A stretch of 64,000 nucleotides of DNA, taken from an uncultured delta proteobacterium (GTDB taxonomy: Bacteria > Desulfobacterota > Desulfobacteria > Desulfobacterales > Desulfatirhabdiaceae). The stretch spans positions 32,001-96,000 of the forward strand of contig CAWBKP010000004.1 in NCBI GenBank assembly GCA_963789395.1, written 5' to 3'. The position numbers and the translations under genes are program-made. Shown piece after piece: positions 48,719 through 61,693 of this stretch. Each line of letters starts with the position of its first letter. The first letter of the stretch is position 1. Under the pieces are notes generated by a model. It searched no databases, had not been told where the DNA came from, and was given only the letters and a program-made list of their open reading frames with translations.

Positions 48719-48795
48719 TCAAACCTAATAATTTCTTCATCTTTTTCCTCCTTTAAAATGGCTGGCCGGGGCGTTCCCGGCCAGCCATTTTTTTT
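48719..48795 (+). ncRNA. Putative sigma54-dependent small RNA
   Basis: No ORF between promoter and terminator; C/U-rich tract with TCCTCCTT (48746-53). Confidence 0.55.
48755..48795 (+). terminator. Rho-independent terminator (probably bidirectional)
   Basis: AAAATGGCTGGCCGGG-GCGTT-CCCGGCCAGCCATTTT followed by T run. Confidence 0.85.
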
Positions 48796-48819
48796 GTCCG
48801 TATCAAAACAGCCTGGACA

Positions 48820-50776
48820 TTAATCCTCCTGAAGCGCTTTCAGATCGGCAAAAAAATCCAGCGCCTGAGGATTGCTCAGGGCATCCTTGTTTTTAACCGG
48901 CTGATTCTGAATGACTTTTTTGACGGCCAGCTCCACTTTCTTCATGTTCAGGGTATAGGGAATGGCCGGAACCTCAATGATCTTGGCCGGAACGTGTCTG
49001 GGCGAAGCATTGGCCCGGATCACCTGACGGATTTTCTGCATGAGCGCCTCCGTCAGACTGTGGCCGGCCATCATTTTAACAAAGAGGATCACGCGGACAT
49101 CGTTTTTCCAGTCCTGGCCGATGACCAGGCTGTCCTCGATTTCTTCCAGCTGCTCCACCTGACGGTATATTTCCGCGGTTCCGATGCGAACCCCGCCCGG
49201 ATTCAGCGTGGCATCCGACCTGCCGTAAATCGTGACCCCGCCCCGGTCGTTGATTTCAATAAAATCGCCATGGCGCCAGACATTGGGGTAAACATCAAAA
49301 TATGCGGAATGGTATTTTTTCCCGTCCGGATCTTCCCAGAAATAAATGGGCATGGATGGAAACGCTGCGGTGCAGACCAGCTCACCCTGCTGCCCGATAA
49401 CGGGGTTGCCGTCGCTGTCGAATGCCTCCACTTTCATGGCCAGGCCCCGGCACTGAAGCTCTCCGGCATAAACCGGGTCCATGGGATTTCCCAGGGCAAA
49501 ACACCCGTTCAGATCAGAGCCTCCGGAAATGGAGGCAAGCTGAAGATCGCTTTTTACGGCATCGTAAATAAATTGAAAGCCTTCGACGGCAAGGGGCGAT
49601 CCGGTGGAGAGAACCGCCCGAAGCGGCGTCAGGTCAAAGCGGTTTTTCGGAACAACACCGGTGTTCTGAAGGGCGGAAATATATCCGGCGCTGGTTCCGA
49701 ACACCGTGATTTTTTCATCCTGAGCCATTTCCCACAGCGCTCCGGGCTCGGGGTGAAACGGGTTGCCGTCATAAAGGACCAGGGCTGCGCCGCTGGCAAG
49801 GCCGCTGACGAGCCAGTTCCACATCATCCAGCCGCAGGTCGTAAAATAAAACATCACATCCTCTCGTTTCAAATCCACATGCAGGACGTGCTCTTTGAGA
49901 TGGTGCAGCAAAATACCGCCGGCGCTCTGCACCATGCATTTGGGAAGGCCGGTTGTGCCGGACGAATACATGATATACAGGGGATGGTCGAACGGCAGCT
50001 GGGCAAAGGTGATTTCCGGAACCGCCCCGGAGGATCGAAACTCCCGGTAATGCACGGCATTGGGAATAGTGCCGATATCCGGATCTGTTTCGGTATAGGG
50101 AATCACCACCACTTTTTCGATGGAAGGCAGCGCTTTCAGGATGCCGGAGATGCGCTCCAGGCAATCCATGGCCTTTCCCTTGAACCAGTAGCCGTTTGCC
50201 GTAAAGAGCACTTTGGGCTTGATCTGCCCGAAGCGGTCCAGAACGCCCTTGATGCCGAAATCCGGGGAACACGACGACCAGACGGCGCCCAGGCTGGTTG
50301 CCGCCAGCATGGCGACAATGGCCTGGGGCATGTTGGGAACAAAGCCCACCACGCGGTCTCCGGGGGTGATGCCCGCGGCTTTCAGGGAAGCGGCGACCCT
50401 GTGCCACTTCCTCATAGAGCTGGGCATAAGTGGTTCGGGTGGAAGGCTGCCCTTCTCCTTTGAATATGAGCGCGGTGCGCTCATCGCGATACCGGAGCAG
50501 ATTCTCGGCAAAATTCAGTCTGGCGCCGGCAAACCAGCTGGCTCCCGGCATTTTTTTGGGATCGTCCACCACCGCGGTATACGGCGCGGACGCTTTGATT
50601 TGCACAAACTCCCAGAGCAGCGCCCAGAACTCCGGAATGTGGTCAATAGACCACTGGTAGAGCTCCGCGTATTGCGTAAACCGTTTTCCATGCCGCTCAT
50701 TGACGGCATGCATGAACCGGAACATGTTCGTTTTCCGGATACGTTCCTCCGAGGGTTTCCATAACATTTTGCCCAT
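48820..50776 (-). CDS. Acetoacetate--CoA ligase (frameshift ~50400)
   Basis: LWKPS, WFAGARLNFAENLL, YSSGTTGLPKC, TTCGWMMWNWL, SISGGSD, GRSDATLNPGGVRIG. Confidence 0.93.
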
Positions 50777-50910
50777 GGGTGTCTTCCTTTTTGTGTTGGT
50801 GTCTAAATCATTTGAATTTCTTTGCAATTTGATTTATGGAGAGAAAAATGAAATCATTTCATAATGGATAATTCATAAACTTTCAAATTAAAAATCCTCC
50901 CTTTCCGCAT

Positions 50911-53013
50911 ATGACACCGAAACAGCCCGAAAATGCAGTTGTGAATGAGAGCAGGCAGGCTGAGGCGCGGATATTTGCCTCTGAACAGCTGTTGAATCTC
51001 ATCCTGAATTCCATACAGCTCGGCGTGGTGATCATCGACGCCAGCACCCGCGTCATATCCGATGTCAATCAATATGCGGCCGAGCTGATCGGTCTTTCCA
51101 GGGAACGCATCACTGGAAAAGACTGCCGGCAGTTTTTCTGTCCGGCGCTGTCGGGCGAGTGTCCGGTTGACGGAACCGACCGCAAAACAGACAGCTCGGA
51201 GCAGCTGCTGAAGCGGGCCGACGGGCAGCTGCTGCCGATTCTGAAAAAAGAGACCGCCATTCAAATCCATCAGCGGGAATATCTTCTGGAAAGTTTTTGG
51301 GACATCACCGAACAGGTTCGTGAAAAAGAGCAGCTGCTCAAGGCCAGGAATGCGGCGGAAAATGCGAATATGGCCAAAAGCGAATTTCTGGCCAATACCA
51401 GCCATGAGATCCGGACCCCCATGAACGGCATTATCGGCATGACGGGGCTGCTTCTGGACACCCGGCTGTCGGCCGAGCAGCGCGATTATGCCGAAACCAT
51501 TCGCGGCAGCGCCGATGCGTTGATGGCCATCATCAACGCTATTCTGGATTTCTCCAAGATCGAAGCCGGAAAAATGGATCTGGAAATCCTGGATTTTGAT
51601 CTTCGCGTCATGGTGGAAGAAGTGCAGGACCTGCTTTCCGCAAGGGCATTTGAAAAGGGGCTGGAACTGGCCTGTCTGGTGAACCACGACGTGCCGTCCC
51701 TGTTAAAGGGGGATCCGGGAAGGCTTCGCCAGGTGCTGATGAACCTTGCAGACAATGCCGTTAAATTCACGGAGACAGGGCAGGTCATTATCCGGGTCTC
51801 TCTCGACAGCGAAGCAGACACCTCGGTCACCGTCCGGTTCATGATTACGGATACCGGAATCGGCATTCCGGCGGATAAACAGCATCTGCTGTTTCAGTCT
51901 TTTTCGCAGGTGGATGCGTCCACCACCCGCCGATACGGCGGCACGGGCCTGGGGCTGGCCATTTCCAGGCGGATAGCGGAAATGATGAGCGGACAAATCG
52001 GCGTAGACAGCCGGGAAGGGGCGGGGGCCACGTTCTGGTTTACCGCCGAACTGGAAAAACAGACCGGCGGCGTAAAAAAAGAGCCGGTTCTTCCGGTGGA
52101 TATTCAGGGGCAGCGGATTCTGATCGTGGATGACAACCGGATAAACCGGCATATCCTCAGAGAGCAGCTGAAAAACTGGGCATGCATGGTTGAGGAGGCG
52201 GAGAACGGCCAGGATGCGTTGAAGCGGCTGCTTCAGGCTGCCGGCGACAATGCGCCGTTCAGCCTGGCGATCATCGACATGGTGATGCCGGAAATGGACG
52301 GCAAATCCCTGGGAAGAAAAATCAAGACAGACCCGCGGATTACCGATACAGCCATCGTGATGCTGACTTCCGCCGGCAGGCGCGGCGATGCGGAGCAGCT
52401 TCAGGACATCGGATTTTCAGCCTATCTCACCAAGCCGGTCAAACGGCTGCAACTGCATGACTGCCTGTCGACGGTTCTGGGAACGCCGCTGACGGTTGTC
52501 AAAAAGCCGGCCACTCCCATCGTGACCCGGCATTCCCTGTCCGAGGAGAAAAAGCGCGGCATCCGCATCCTTCTGGCCGAAGACAACCCGGTCAATCAGA
52601 AGGTTGCCCGGAAAATGCTGGAAAAATTCGGCTATGCTTCCCATACGGTCTCCAATGGCGTTGACGCCGTGAAAGCCCTCGGCAGGATTGACTATGACCT
52701 GGTTCTGATGGATGTGGAGATGCCGGAAATGAATGGAATGGATGCCACGGCCCGGATCCGCAGTCCCGAATCAACCGTCATCAATCACCGGGTTCCCGTG
52801 ATCGCCATGACGGCGCATGCCAAAAAAGGCGATCGGGAAAAATGCCTGGAAGCCGGGATGGACGATTACCTGTCCAAGCCGGTCAAGCCGCAGGAACTGC
52901 TGGATGTGGTGGAAAAATGGGTTCGGAAAATCACCCGGCGGGCATTGCGGCCCTCAGCTGCCGGTCATCTGTTTCAGAATCAGACAGGCATTGGTTCCCC
53001 CGAATCCGAATGA
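50911..53013 (+). CDS. Hybrid sensor kinase PAS-HisKA-HATPase-REC-REC
   Basis: [46 protein letters not shown]. Confidence 0.93.
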   Translation: MTPKQPENAVVNESRQAEARIFASEQLLNLILNSIQLGVVIIDASTRVISDVNQYAAELIGLSRERITGKDCRQFFCPALSGECPVDGTDRKTDSSEQLLKRADGQLLPILKKETAIQIHQREYLLESFWDITEQVREKEQLLKARNAAENANMAKSEFLANTSHEIRTPMNGIIGMTGLLLDTRLSAEQRDYAETIRGSADALMAIINAILDFSKIEAGKMDLEILDFDLRVMVEEVQDLLSARAFEKGLELACLVNHDVPSLLKGDPGRLRQVLMNLADNAVKFTETGQVIIRVSLDSEADTSVTVRFMITDTGIGIPADKQHLLFQSFSQVDASTTRRYGGTGLGLAISRRIAEMMSGQIGVDSREGAGATFWFTAELEKQTGGVKKEPVLPVDIQGQRILIVDDNRINRHILREQLKNWACMVEEAENGQDALKRLLQAAGDNAPFSLAIIDMVMPEMDGKSLGRKIKTDPRITDTAIVMLTSAGRRGDAEQLQDIGFSAYLTKPVKRLQLHDCLSTVLGTPLTVVKKPATPIVTRHSLSEEKKRGIRILLAEDNPVNQKVARKMLEKFGYASHTVSNGVDAVKALGRIDYDLVLMDVEMPEMNGMDATARIRSPESTVINHRVPVIAMTAHAKKGDREKCLEAGMDDYLSKPVKPQELLDVVEKWVRKITRRALRPSAAGHLFQNQTGIGSPESE

Positions 53014-54198
53014 GTTGGACATGGCGTAAGCCACGGTCTGTTTTCGCGCCTGATTGGGAACATAGTCCAGGTCGCACCCGGGTGACGGGTTGTCCAGATT
53101 CAGCGTGGGCGGAATCACGCCCTGCTGGATGGCCAGGGCGGTAAAAACAGCCTCGATGCCGCCGCCGCCTCCCAGAAGGTGCCCGGTCATGGATTTGGTC
53201 GCGCTGACGGCCAGCCGGTAGGCATGATCCTTGAACACGGTTTTGATGGCCATCGTTTCATACTCGTCATTCATCTGGGTGGAGGTACCGTGCGCGTTGA
53301 TGTAATCGATTTCCGTCCCGCAAAGACCGGCATCCTTCAAGGCCGCCTGCATGCAGCGGGCCGCGCCTTCTCCGCCGGGTGCGGGCGCCGTCATGTGAAA
53401 CGCATCGCCGCTCATGCCGTATCCCACCACCTCGGCATAGATTCTGGCGCCTCTTTCCAGCGCGGCATCGAGGGCTTCCAGTATCAGAATGCCGCTGCCT
53501 TCGCCGACGACAAACCCGTCTCTGCCGCTGTCAAACGGCCGTGAGGCTTTTTCCGGAGCGTCATTCCGGGTGGAAAGGGCCTTCATGGCGTTGAAGCCGG
53601 CAATACAGGTCGGCGTGATGACCGATTCCATACCGCCGGTGATCATGGCGTCCGCGGCGCCTCTCTGGATGATTTTAAAGGCATCGCCGACAGCATGGGT
53701 TCCGGCGGCGCAGGCCGTGGCGACCGAGGCGTTGGGCCCCTTGGCCCCGAAGGTAATGGCGATCATCCCCGGCGCCATGTTGCCGATCATCATGGGGATA
53801 AAAAACGGACTGACCCGTCCGGGGCCTTTCAGATCGATGAGCCGGGCGGTGGTCTCGAGCACCGAAAGCCCTCCCAGACCGCACCCCGTCAACACCCCCA
53901 CGCGTTCGGAATTCGAGCTGTCAATAGTCAATCCCGAGTCTTCCGTTGCCATGCGGGCCGCAGCCAGGGAGTAGGCGATGAACCGCTCGATTCGCCTGGC
54001 TTCTTTTTTCGGCAGAAACTCCTCGGGGTTAAAATTCTTGACTTCACCGGCAATTCGGGTTTCAAAACAGGAGGCGTCAAACCGGGTAATTTCTCCAATC
54101 CCGGATTTGCCGGCGCACAATGCCGACCAGGTCTCATCCCGGCCAATCCCAATCGGTGTTACCAGACCCACACCTGTTATCACAACCCTTCTGTTCAA
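52954..54198 (-). CDS. fabF: 3-oxoacyl-ACP synthase II
   Basis: [37 protein letters not shown]. Confidence 0.97.
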   Translation of the reverse strand: MNRRVVITGVGLVTPIGIGRDETWSALCAGKSGIGEITRFDASCFETRIAGEVKNFNPEEFLPKKEARRIERFIAYSLAAARMATEDSGLTIDSSNSERVGVLTGCGLGGLSVLETTARLIDLKGPGRVSPFFIPMMIGNMAPGMIAITFGAKGPNASVATACAAGTHAVGDAFKIIQRGAADAMITGGMESVITPTCIAGFNAMKALSTRNDAPEKASRPFDSGRDGFVVGEGSGILILEALDAALERGARIYAEVVGYGMSGDAFHMTAPAPGGEGAARCMQAALKDAGLCGTEIDYINAHGTSTQMNDEYETMAIKTVFKDHAYRLAVSATKSMTGHLLGGGGGIEAVFTALAIQQGVIPPTLNLDNPSPGCDLDYVPNQARKQTVAYAMSNSFGFGGTNACLILKQMTGS

Positions 54199-54245
54199 TG
54201 AACCCTCCTTTTCCAATGCGAAACCCGATGCCGGGGCCCGGAAAA

Positions 54246-54473
54246 TCAGTGAGAATCGATAAAATTGATGGCGTCTTTGACGCGAACGATTTTTTCAGCG
54301 GCCTCATCTGAAATTTCAATGTCGAATTCTTCTTCCATGGACATGATCAGCTCCACCAGATCCAGCGAGTCCGCGCCCAGATCGTCTACAAAAGAGGCTT
54401 CCGGTACGACTTCACTCAGATCCACCCCGAGTTTTTCGGCAATGATTTTTTTGACTTTATCTTCAACAGACAT
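54246..54473 (-). CDS. acpP: Acyl carrier protein
   Basis: [14 protein letters not shown]. Confidence 0.97.
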   Translation of the reverse strand: MSVEDKVKKIIAEKLGVDLSEVVPEASFVDDLGADSLDLVELIMSMEEEFDIEISDEAAEKIVRVKDAINFIDSH

Positions 54474-54619
54474 GTTTCCTCCTTGATTATTATAATTAAA
54501 AAATTGCAAAACACAGCAATTTCAATTTGATGGAAGTTGATATGCTGATATTCGGGCGTTGGTTTTTTGTTTCGAATTTCGATATTCGGATTGAGGGTGA
54601 ACAGCAAGGCAGTCCACCC

Positions 54620-55369
54620 TCACATGTACATTCCGCCGCTGACATGGATCACCTGACCGGTGATATAGGATGCGGCTTCGGAGGCCAGAAATACGACCAC
54701 CGCCGTTACATCCTGCGGGTTGCCGAAGCGCCCCAGCGGGATCTGCTGCAGCATGGCCGCTTTGTTCTTGTCGGAAAGCGCTTCTGTCATGTCCGTTTCA
54801 ATATATCCGGGCGCAACCGCATTCACGGTGATATTGCGGGAAGCCAGTTCCTTGGCGACGGCTTTGGTAAAACCGATCATTCCGGCTTTGGAAGCCGAAT
54901 AATTGGCCTGACCGGAATTTCCCGTGACCCCGACAACGGAGGTGATGTTGATAATCCGGCCGGAATGCTGTTTGATCATGGTTTTTGCGGCAAGTTTAGC
55001 GCAGAGAAACGCCCCTTTCAGGTTGACATCCATCACGCTGTCCCAGTCCGCGGCTTTCATGCGCACCAGAAGCCCGTCCCGGGTCATGCCGGCGTTATTG
55101 ACCAGGACATCGATCCGGCCGGTTTCAGACAGGATCCGCTGAAAAAAATCCGTCATCGCGGTCTCCGAGGCGATGTCGGCGCAAATGCCGGCAGCCGTCC
55201 CCCCGCACTCCCTGATGGCCGCTTCGGTTTCGGCCGCTGCCCGGCTGTTTGAGGCATAGTTGAAATAAACGGCTGCCTCGGGCCCTGCCAATGCCGTGCA
55301 GATGGCTCTGCCGATGCCTCTTGAGCCGCCGGTGACCACGATGGTGCGTTTTTCAGTGCTGTCTGTCAC
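54620..55369 (-). CDS. fabG: 3-oxoacyl-ACP reductase
   Basis: TGGSRGIG, NNAGMTRD, YSASKAG, VAPGYIETDMT. Confidence 0.95.
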   Translation of the reverse strand: MTDSTEKRTIVVTGGSRGIGRAICTALAGPEAAVYFNYASNSRAAAETEAAIRECGGTAAGICADIASETAMTDFFQRILSETGRIDVLVNNAGMTRDGLLVRMKAADWDSVMDVNLKGAFLCAKLAAKTMIKQHSGRIINITSVVGVTGNSGQANYSASKAGMIGFTKAVAKELASRNITVNAVAPGYIETDMTEALSDKNKAAMLQQIPLGRFGNPQDVTAVVVFLASEAASYITGQVIHVSGGMYM

Positions 55370-55432
55370 GGTTGCCTCCGATTCCACGGGCGTGGGGGTG
55401 CCGGGTGCGGCGTGCGATGGCGGCCGGCCGGC

Positions 55433-57106
55433 TCATGTTTCATGGTGAAAAACCAGCTCACAGAGTCTGTCCATGTCCCGAAACGTGTTGGCGCAGGCAA
55501 AGGGAAGCTGCTGGCAGGAGATGGAATTGAGAAAAGCGGAAAAGGTTTCCGCATTATACAGCCCGTCTCCCATCAGGATTTTCAGCATGTTCTGGTAAAC
55601 CAGCTGCGCGACCTCCGCGGCAAAAATACGGGAGGCCGCCTGAATTTTTTGAACCTGGGGGGCGGCATCGTGGCCTTGAGCCGCCGCCTTTCGGGCAAGG
55701 CTTGCACCGATCTCGACATGGGTCATCATATCCGCCAGGCAGAACATGACATGCTGGCTTCGGGTCAGGCGTTTTTCATGGGCAATCAGAATCGTGTGGT
55801 TCAGCGCTTCTGCGGCCAGACCGTAATACAGGCAGCCGGCCTGGTCGAATTGCTGATGCAGCGCGCCCATTTCTTCTGCGATGGACCGGTAAAACGCGCC
55901 TTTGGTTTTCCAGGTTTTTTTCCAGCGGAACATGCCGATGATATTCTGCAGGATTTCGCTGGTGCCTTCATAAATACAGGTGATTCTGACATCCCGTTTG
56001 ATTTTTTCAACCCCGAACTCCGTGATGTATCCATAGCCGCCAAGGGCCTGCATGGCGTCATCGGCGGCACGGTTTGCGGTTTCCGAGGCAAAGAGCTTGG
56101 CAATGGCGCCTTCGACCTGAAGATCCAAGTCTCCGGAGTCGATTCTCAGGGCCACTTCGTCCAGGTAACTGGCGGCCGCTGTAAAGCGGACAATGTGGGG
56201 AACGATGAGCTTGTGGGTATACCCCTGTTTTTCCGACAGGGGGGAGCCGAACTGGATCCGGTCCTTGGCATAGGGAATGGCGATGGAAAGGGCTGCCTCG
56301 CCTGCGCCGAGCGCCATGGCCGCCACCATCAGCCGGGTATATCCGAAAACCGAATTGGCCTGCTTCAATCCCTGGCCCGGCACCCCGCCGATAAGGTTTT
56401 CAACCGGCACAAAAACGTCTGTAAAGGTGAGCGGCGAGGTGTTGGATGCCCGGATGCCGTGTTTTTCTTCTCCTTTGCCCTGAACAAAGCCGGGCGTTCC
56501 TTTTTCGACCACAAAAAAAGAAGGCCCTTCGGGGGTTACGGCCAGAAGCGTGATAAAATCCGCAAATCCGCCGGTGGAGATGAACTGCTTGGTGCCGTTG
56601 ATCCGGTATCCGGTCACGGCTCCGGACGCGTCGCAAACCGGGTCGGCCTTGGTTTTCAAGGCCGCCAGATTGCTGCCTGCACCGGGCTCTGTTACGGCAT
56701 AGGCCACCAGAGAACGGCCTTCGGCGATGGCGCCCAGCCATTTTTCTTTCTGCGCGTCGGTGCCGCCGACGATCAGCGGGTCCGCGCCCAGTTGAATGGC
56801 AAAAAAAGCGGTTGCCACGCCCAGGCAGACACCGGCCATTTCGCGGGTCAGGGCGCAGCAGTCTCTGGCGCCCCCGCTCATCCCGCCGTATTCTTCGGGA
56901 ATAAACAGCAGTTGAAGGCCGATGTCCGAACCCAGCATGGTTCGGATGATTTCTTCCGGGAAGATCTCTTTGCGGTCAAACTCGAGAACATTCTCCCGGG
57001 TCAACAGCCGCGCTTTTATCTTGGTGACGACGTCAAGAACCATCTGTCTGGATTCGTCATCCAGACCATGGAGCGGTGCGCCGGTTTCATGTACTGAAGC
57101 AGACAT
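55433..57106 (-). CDS. Acyl-CoA dehydrogenase family protein with C-terminal extension
   Basis: IPEEYGG, AVTEPGAGS, GTKQFIS, KHGIRAS, RIQFG, GGYGY, IYEGTSEI. Confidence 0.92.
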   Translation of the reverse strand: MSASVHETGAPLHGLDDESRQMVLDVVTKIKARLLTRENVLEFDRKEIFPEEIIRTMLGSDIGLQLLFIPEEYGGMSGGARDCCALTREMAGVCLGVATAFFAIQLGADPLIVGGTDAQKEKWLGAIAEGRSLVAYAVTEPGAGSNLAALKTKADPVCDASGAVTGYRINGTKQFISTGGFADFITLLAVTPEGPSFFVVEKGTPGFVQGKGEEKHGIRASNTSPLTFTDVFVPVENLIGGVPGQGLKQANSVFGYTRLMVAAMALGAGEAALSIAIPYAKDRIQFGSPLSEKQGYTHKLIVPHIVRFTAAASYLDEVALRIDSGDLDLQVEGAIAKLFASETANRAADDAMQALGGYGYITEFGVEKIKRDVRITCIYEGTSEILQNIIGMFRWKKTWKTKGAFYRSIAEEMGALHQQFDQAGCLYYGLAAEALNHTILIAHEKRLTRSQHVMFCLADMMTHVEIGASLARKAAAQGHDAAPQVQKIQAASRIFAAEVAQLVYQNMLKILMGDGLYNAETFSAFLNSISCQQLPFACANTFRDMDRLCELVFHHET

Positions 57107-57112
57107 CCGGTA

Positions 57113-57295
57113 TTAATCCTCTTTGCCTTCGATAACCTGCTTACCTTTATATTGACCACAGGCCGGGCAGACATGATGGGGAAGTTTGGCTTCGCCGCAT
57201 TCCGGGCAGGTGGACAGGCTGGGCGCCTCAAGATTCTGGTGGGAGCGCCGCATATCGCGTTTTGACTTGGATGTTTTATGTTTTGGAACAGCCAT
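57113..57295 (-). CDS. rpmF: 50S ribosomal protein L32
   Basis: [30 protein letters not shown]. Confidence 0.97.
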   Translation of the reverse strand: MAVPKHKTSKSKRDMRRSHQNLEAPSLSTCPECGEAKLPHHVCPACGQYKGKQVIEGKED

Positions 57296-57924
57296 GAGTA
57301 ATCTCCTAAATATCTGTTTATAATTAAAATAATTTTTACATCTCTATTTGTCAAAAATGTAGGCATTAGTAATTGAAAGACGCCGGTTTGTCAAGCTTTT
57401 TATGTGAAATTGGTTTTTTTTGCTGATGACCACAGATCTTTCCACTGCAACGAAAAAAAAAAGGTAGTCTTTGTAAACTATCTGATATTAAACAATAAAA
57501 ATCCAGCACGGCGTATTCAACAAAATTTAAACCTTTCAGGAATCCGAGCGGTGCCGACATACGCACCTCAGACAACTGTTTGTCATCCGTATTTTGAGCC
57601 CCCGTGGCAGTTGTCTGCCGGCGGTTTTTGTGCTATGCTCGCCCACAACTGCGGTTCGGCCTTGCGGGGCGCTCAAATAAAATCTTTTTCAAGGGCGCAG
57701 CCCATCGGGAATAAAAAAATCATTATAGGAAAAGGCCGGCAAATAAAAAAATAGCTAGAAATAACAAAATTAATTGGTTATAAAAAAAAAATGAAGCCGA
57801 TGAAGTTATCAGCCACCGGCTTAACGCCCATTGCGAAAATGACTGATTTATGATGATATGAGCAATATTATTTCAAATAACTATCTGTCAATACATACTA
57901 AACAAAAGATTAACACTTTACTGA

Positions 57925-59351
<1,427 letters not shown>

Positions 59352-59476
59352 AACAGGCGCAATGTTTCCAGAACGTCATGAACAAATGTTCCCAACCCCC
59401 AAGGTTCATGATGAAGGCCTTGTTCGTGCCTTGCAAGAAATAGTTATAACCCTTAGCCCCCACATAAAGAGGAACC

Positions 59477-59929
59477 ATGTACAGAGTCAAAGACATCATG
59501 ACAACGGACGTCATCTCGGTATCTCCTGAGACGGAGATCGTGCAGGCAGCGCGCATCATGATTGAAAAACGGATTAACGGCCTTCCGGTTCTGGATGGTG
59601 ACGGAAGGGTTGTCGGCATTCTCTGCCAGAGCGATCTGGTGGCGCAGCAGAAAAGCGTCCCCATCCCCTCGCTCTTTTCTCTGATGGACGGGTTCATGCC
59701 CCTGACGTCTTTAAAAAAGATTGAAAAAGAAGTTGAAAAAATAGCCGCCTTGACGGTTGCCCAGGCCATGACAGCCAAACCGATCACCGTAACGCCGGAA
59801 ACCGGCATCGAAGAGGTGGCCGGACTCATGGTGGACAAAGGGTTTCACACCCTTCCGGTGGTGCAGGACGGAAAGCTGGTGGGGGTTGTGGGCAAAGAAG
59901 ACGTCTTAAAGACACTGCTGCCGTCCTGA
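59477..59929 (+). CDS. Tandem CBS-domain protein
   Basis: VKDIMT..LPV..VGIL; VAQAMT..LPVV..LVGVV. Confidence 0.9.
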   Translation: MYRVKDIMTTDVISVSPETEIVQAARIMIEKRINGLPVLDGDGRVVGILCQSDLVAQQKSVPIPSLFSLMDGFMPLTSLKKIEKEVEKIAALTVAQAMTAKPITVTPETGIEEVAGLMVDKGFHTLPVVQDGKLVGVVGKEDVLKTLLPS

Positions 59930-60074
59930 AAAAACCGCACGCCCAGGTATTCAGGAGCCGGAATTCAGAAGCCGGAATGCGGGGTTCAGAAAAAAAGGTT
60001 GGAAATTACGACCTGTCTTCCGGGCCTTTCTGAATACGGACGCCTGAATGCTGGATACCGGGCCGTACTGTCGG

Positions 60075-61376
60075 TCAGCACCTGCTGATGGCATCAACGG
60101 CCAGGTCCAGCTCGGACTCCGAAATGACAAATGGCGGCCCCAGCATGACGGCATCGCCGTCGCCGTTTGCAAAGCCCGCGCATTTGTAAAGGATGATTCC
60201 CATATCCATCAGGCGGTCGGCCATTTTTTCGGTGACCTTCTCCTTGCGGGGAAACGGCGCAAGGGTTTTTTTGTCTCGCACGACTTCAATGGCCCACATC
60301 AGGCCGATGCCCCGAACCTGGCCGACATGGGGATGATCGGCCAGCGGCGCCAGGCGCTTTTCCAGATACTCCCCCAAAGACGCGGCCCGTTCAACCAGGT
60401 TTTCCCTTTCCAGAATTTCAACAACCGAAAGGGCTGCGGCCGCTGCCACGGCATGATGGGAAAACGTGTGGCCATGAATGAAATCGCCTGCTTTTTCCCG
60501 CAGAACATCCAGATGCGCTTGCTGGCACCCCACGGCCGAAAGGGCCGCATACCCGCCGTTCAGACCTTTTCCCAGGGTGATCATATCCGGCACAACGCCG
60601 TAATGATCCAGACCGAACCATTTGCCGGTCCGGCCCATGCCGCACATGACTTCATCCAGAATCAGCAGGATGCCGTGATGATCACAGATGTCCCGAATGA
60701 CGGCATAGTATTCCGGCGGCGGAACCACCGCGCCGATGGTCGAGCCCAGAATGGTCTCCGCCAGAAAGGCGGAAATGGTATGACGCCCTTCATGTCGAAT
60801 GGCCTCATCCAGTGCGTGGGCGCATCGCAAGCCGCAGTCCGGATAGGTCAGTCCGAAGTGACAGCGTAGGCAGTATGGCGGAGGGATGTGAATGGAAGGG
60901 CCTAATAGCGGCTGAAACGGCTCCCGCATGGATGTTTTCCCGGTTGCCGACAATGCGCCAAGGGTCGCCCCGTGGTAAGCGTTCCAGCGGGAAATGATCC
61001 GGTACCGCTCGGCGTCTCCCCTGGCAAGATGAATCTGCCTGGCCAGCTTGATGGCGGTTTCGATGGCCTCACAGCCGCTGGAACAGAAATAAAACCGGTT
61101 GAGGCCTTCCGGTGCGTGGGCGGCCAGCCGCTGCGCCAGCGCTTCCATGGGGTCCGAAGTGAACATGGGGCCGTGAACATAGGCCAGCTGTCTTGCCTGG
61201 CCGGCCATGGCGTCCGCGATCTCGGTCCTGCCATGTCCCACATTGACGCAGATGGGCCCGCCGCTGGCATCCAGGTATTTTTTCCCGGTTTCATCATAAA
61301 TCCAGACCCCTTCGGCCTTTACGGCCTTTGGCAGGGGGCGGTCGAGCCTGCGGTGAAACACACAGCTTTCTTTCAC
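60075..61376 (-). CDS. Class-III PLP aminotransferase
   Basis: YLDASGG, SGCEAIETAIK, YHGATLG, DEVMCGMGRTG, GKGLNGGY, HGHTF. Confidence 0.9.
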   Translation of the reverse strand: MKESCVFHRRLDRPLPKAVKAEGVWIYDETGKKYLDASGGPICVNVGHGRTEIADAMAGQARQLAYVHGPMFTSDPMEALAQRLAAHAPEGLNRFYFCSSGCEAIETAIKLARQIHLARGDAERYRIISRWNAYHGATLGALSATGKTSMREPFQPLLGPSIHIPPPYCLRCHFGLTYPDCGLRCAHALDEAIRHEGRHTISAFLAETILGSTIGAVVPPPEYYAVIRDICDHHGILLILDEVMCGMGRTGKWFGLDHYGVVPDMITLGKGLNGGYAALSAVGCQQAHLDVLREKAGDFIHGHTFSHHAVAAAAALSVVEILERENLVERAASLGEYLEKRLAPLADHPHVGQVRGIGLMWAIEVVRDKKTLAPFPRKEKVTEKMADRLMDMGIILYKCAGFANGDGDAVMLGPPFVISESELDLAVDAISRC

Positions 61377-61465
61377 GAAAAACTTCTATGATGATAATAA
61401 CAAGAAATGAACATCTGATTGCGTCATCGCAGTGTTTGATAACGTACGGTTCTTTCGTCGGTTCC

Positions 61466-61492
61466 GTCATTCCGGCGAAAGCCGGAATCCAG
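61466..61492 (+). repeat. REP-like palindrome
   Basis: GTCATTCCGGCGAAAGCCGGAATCCAG, hairpin with GAAA loop. Confidence 0.6.
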
Positions 61493-61693
61493 CAAGGTCT
61501 CAGCGCGATTAGAGAGCTTCAGCCTGTCCGGCAATAACGAAAGCACCCGAATTCATAAAATCGTAACAACAATATATGCCAGTCGTCAACATTTCCTTCC
61601 CATTGACTTTTCCCGTCGGATTCGCCTATAGGTGGTTGACAATAATCCTTAACCGAAGCAGCGTTGACTCGGAGCACGACCGGCGGAGTTCAG

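Noticed and set aside
55412..57097. 561-aa plus-strand ORF (also 48994..50463, 2532..3743, 29743..30822)
   Set aside because: Antisense shadows of well-supported genes, with no motifs
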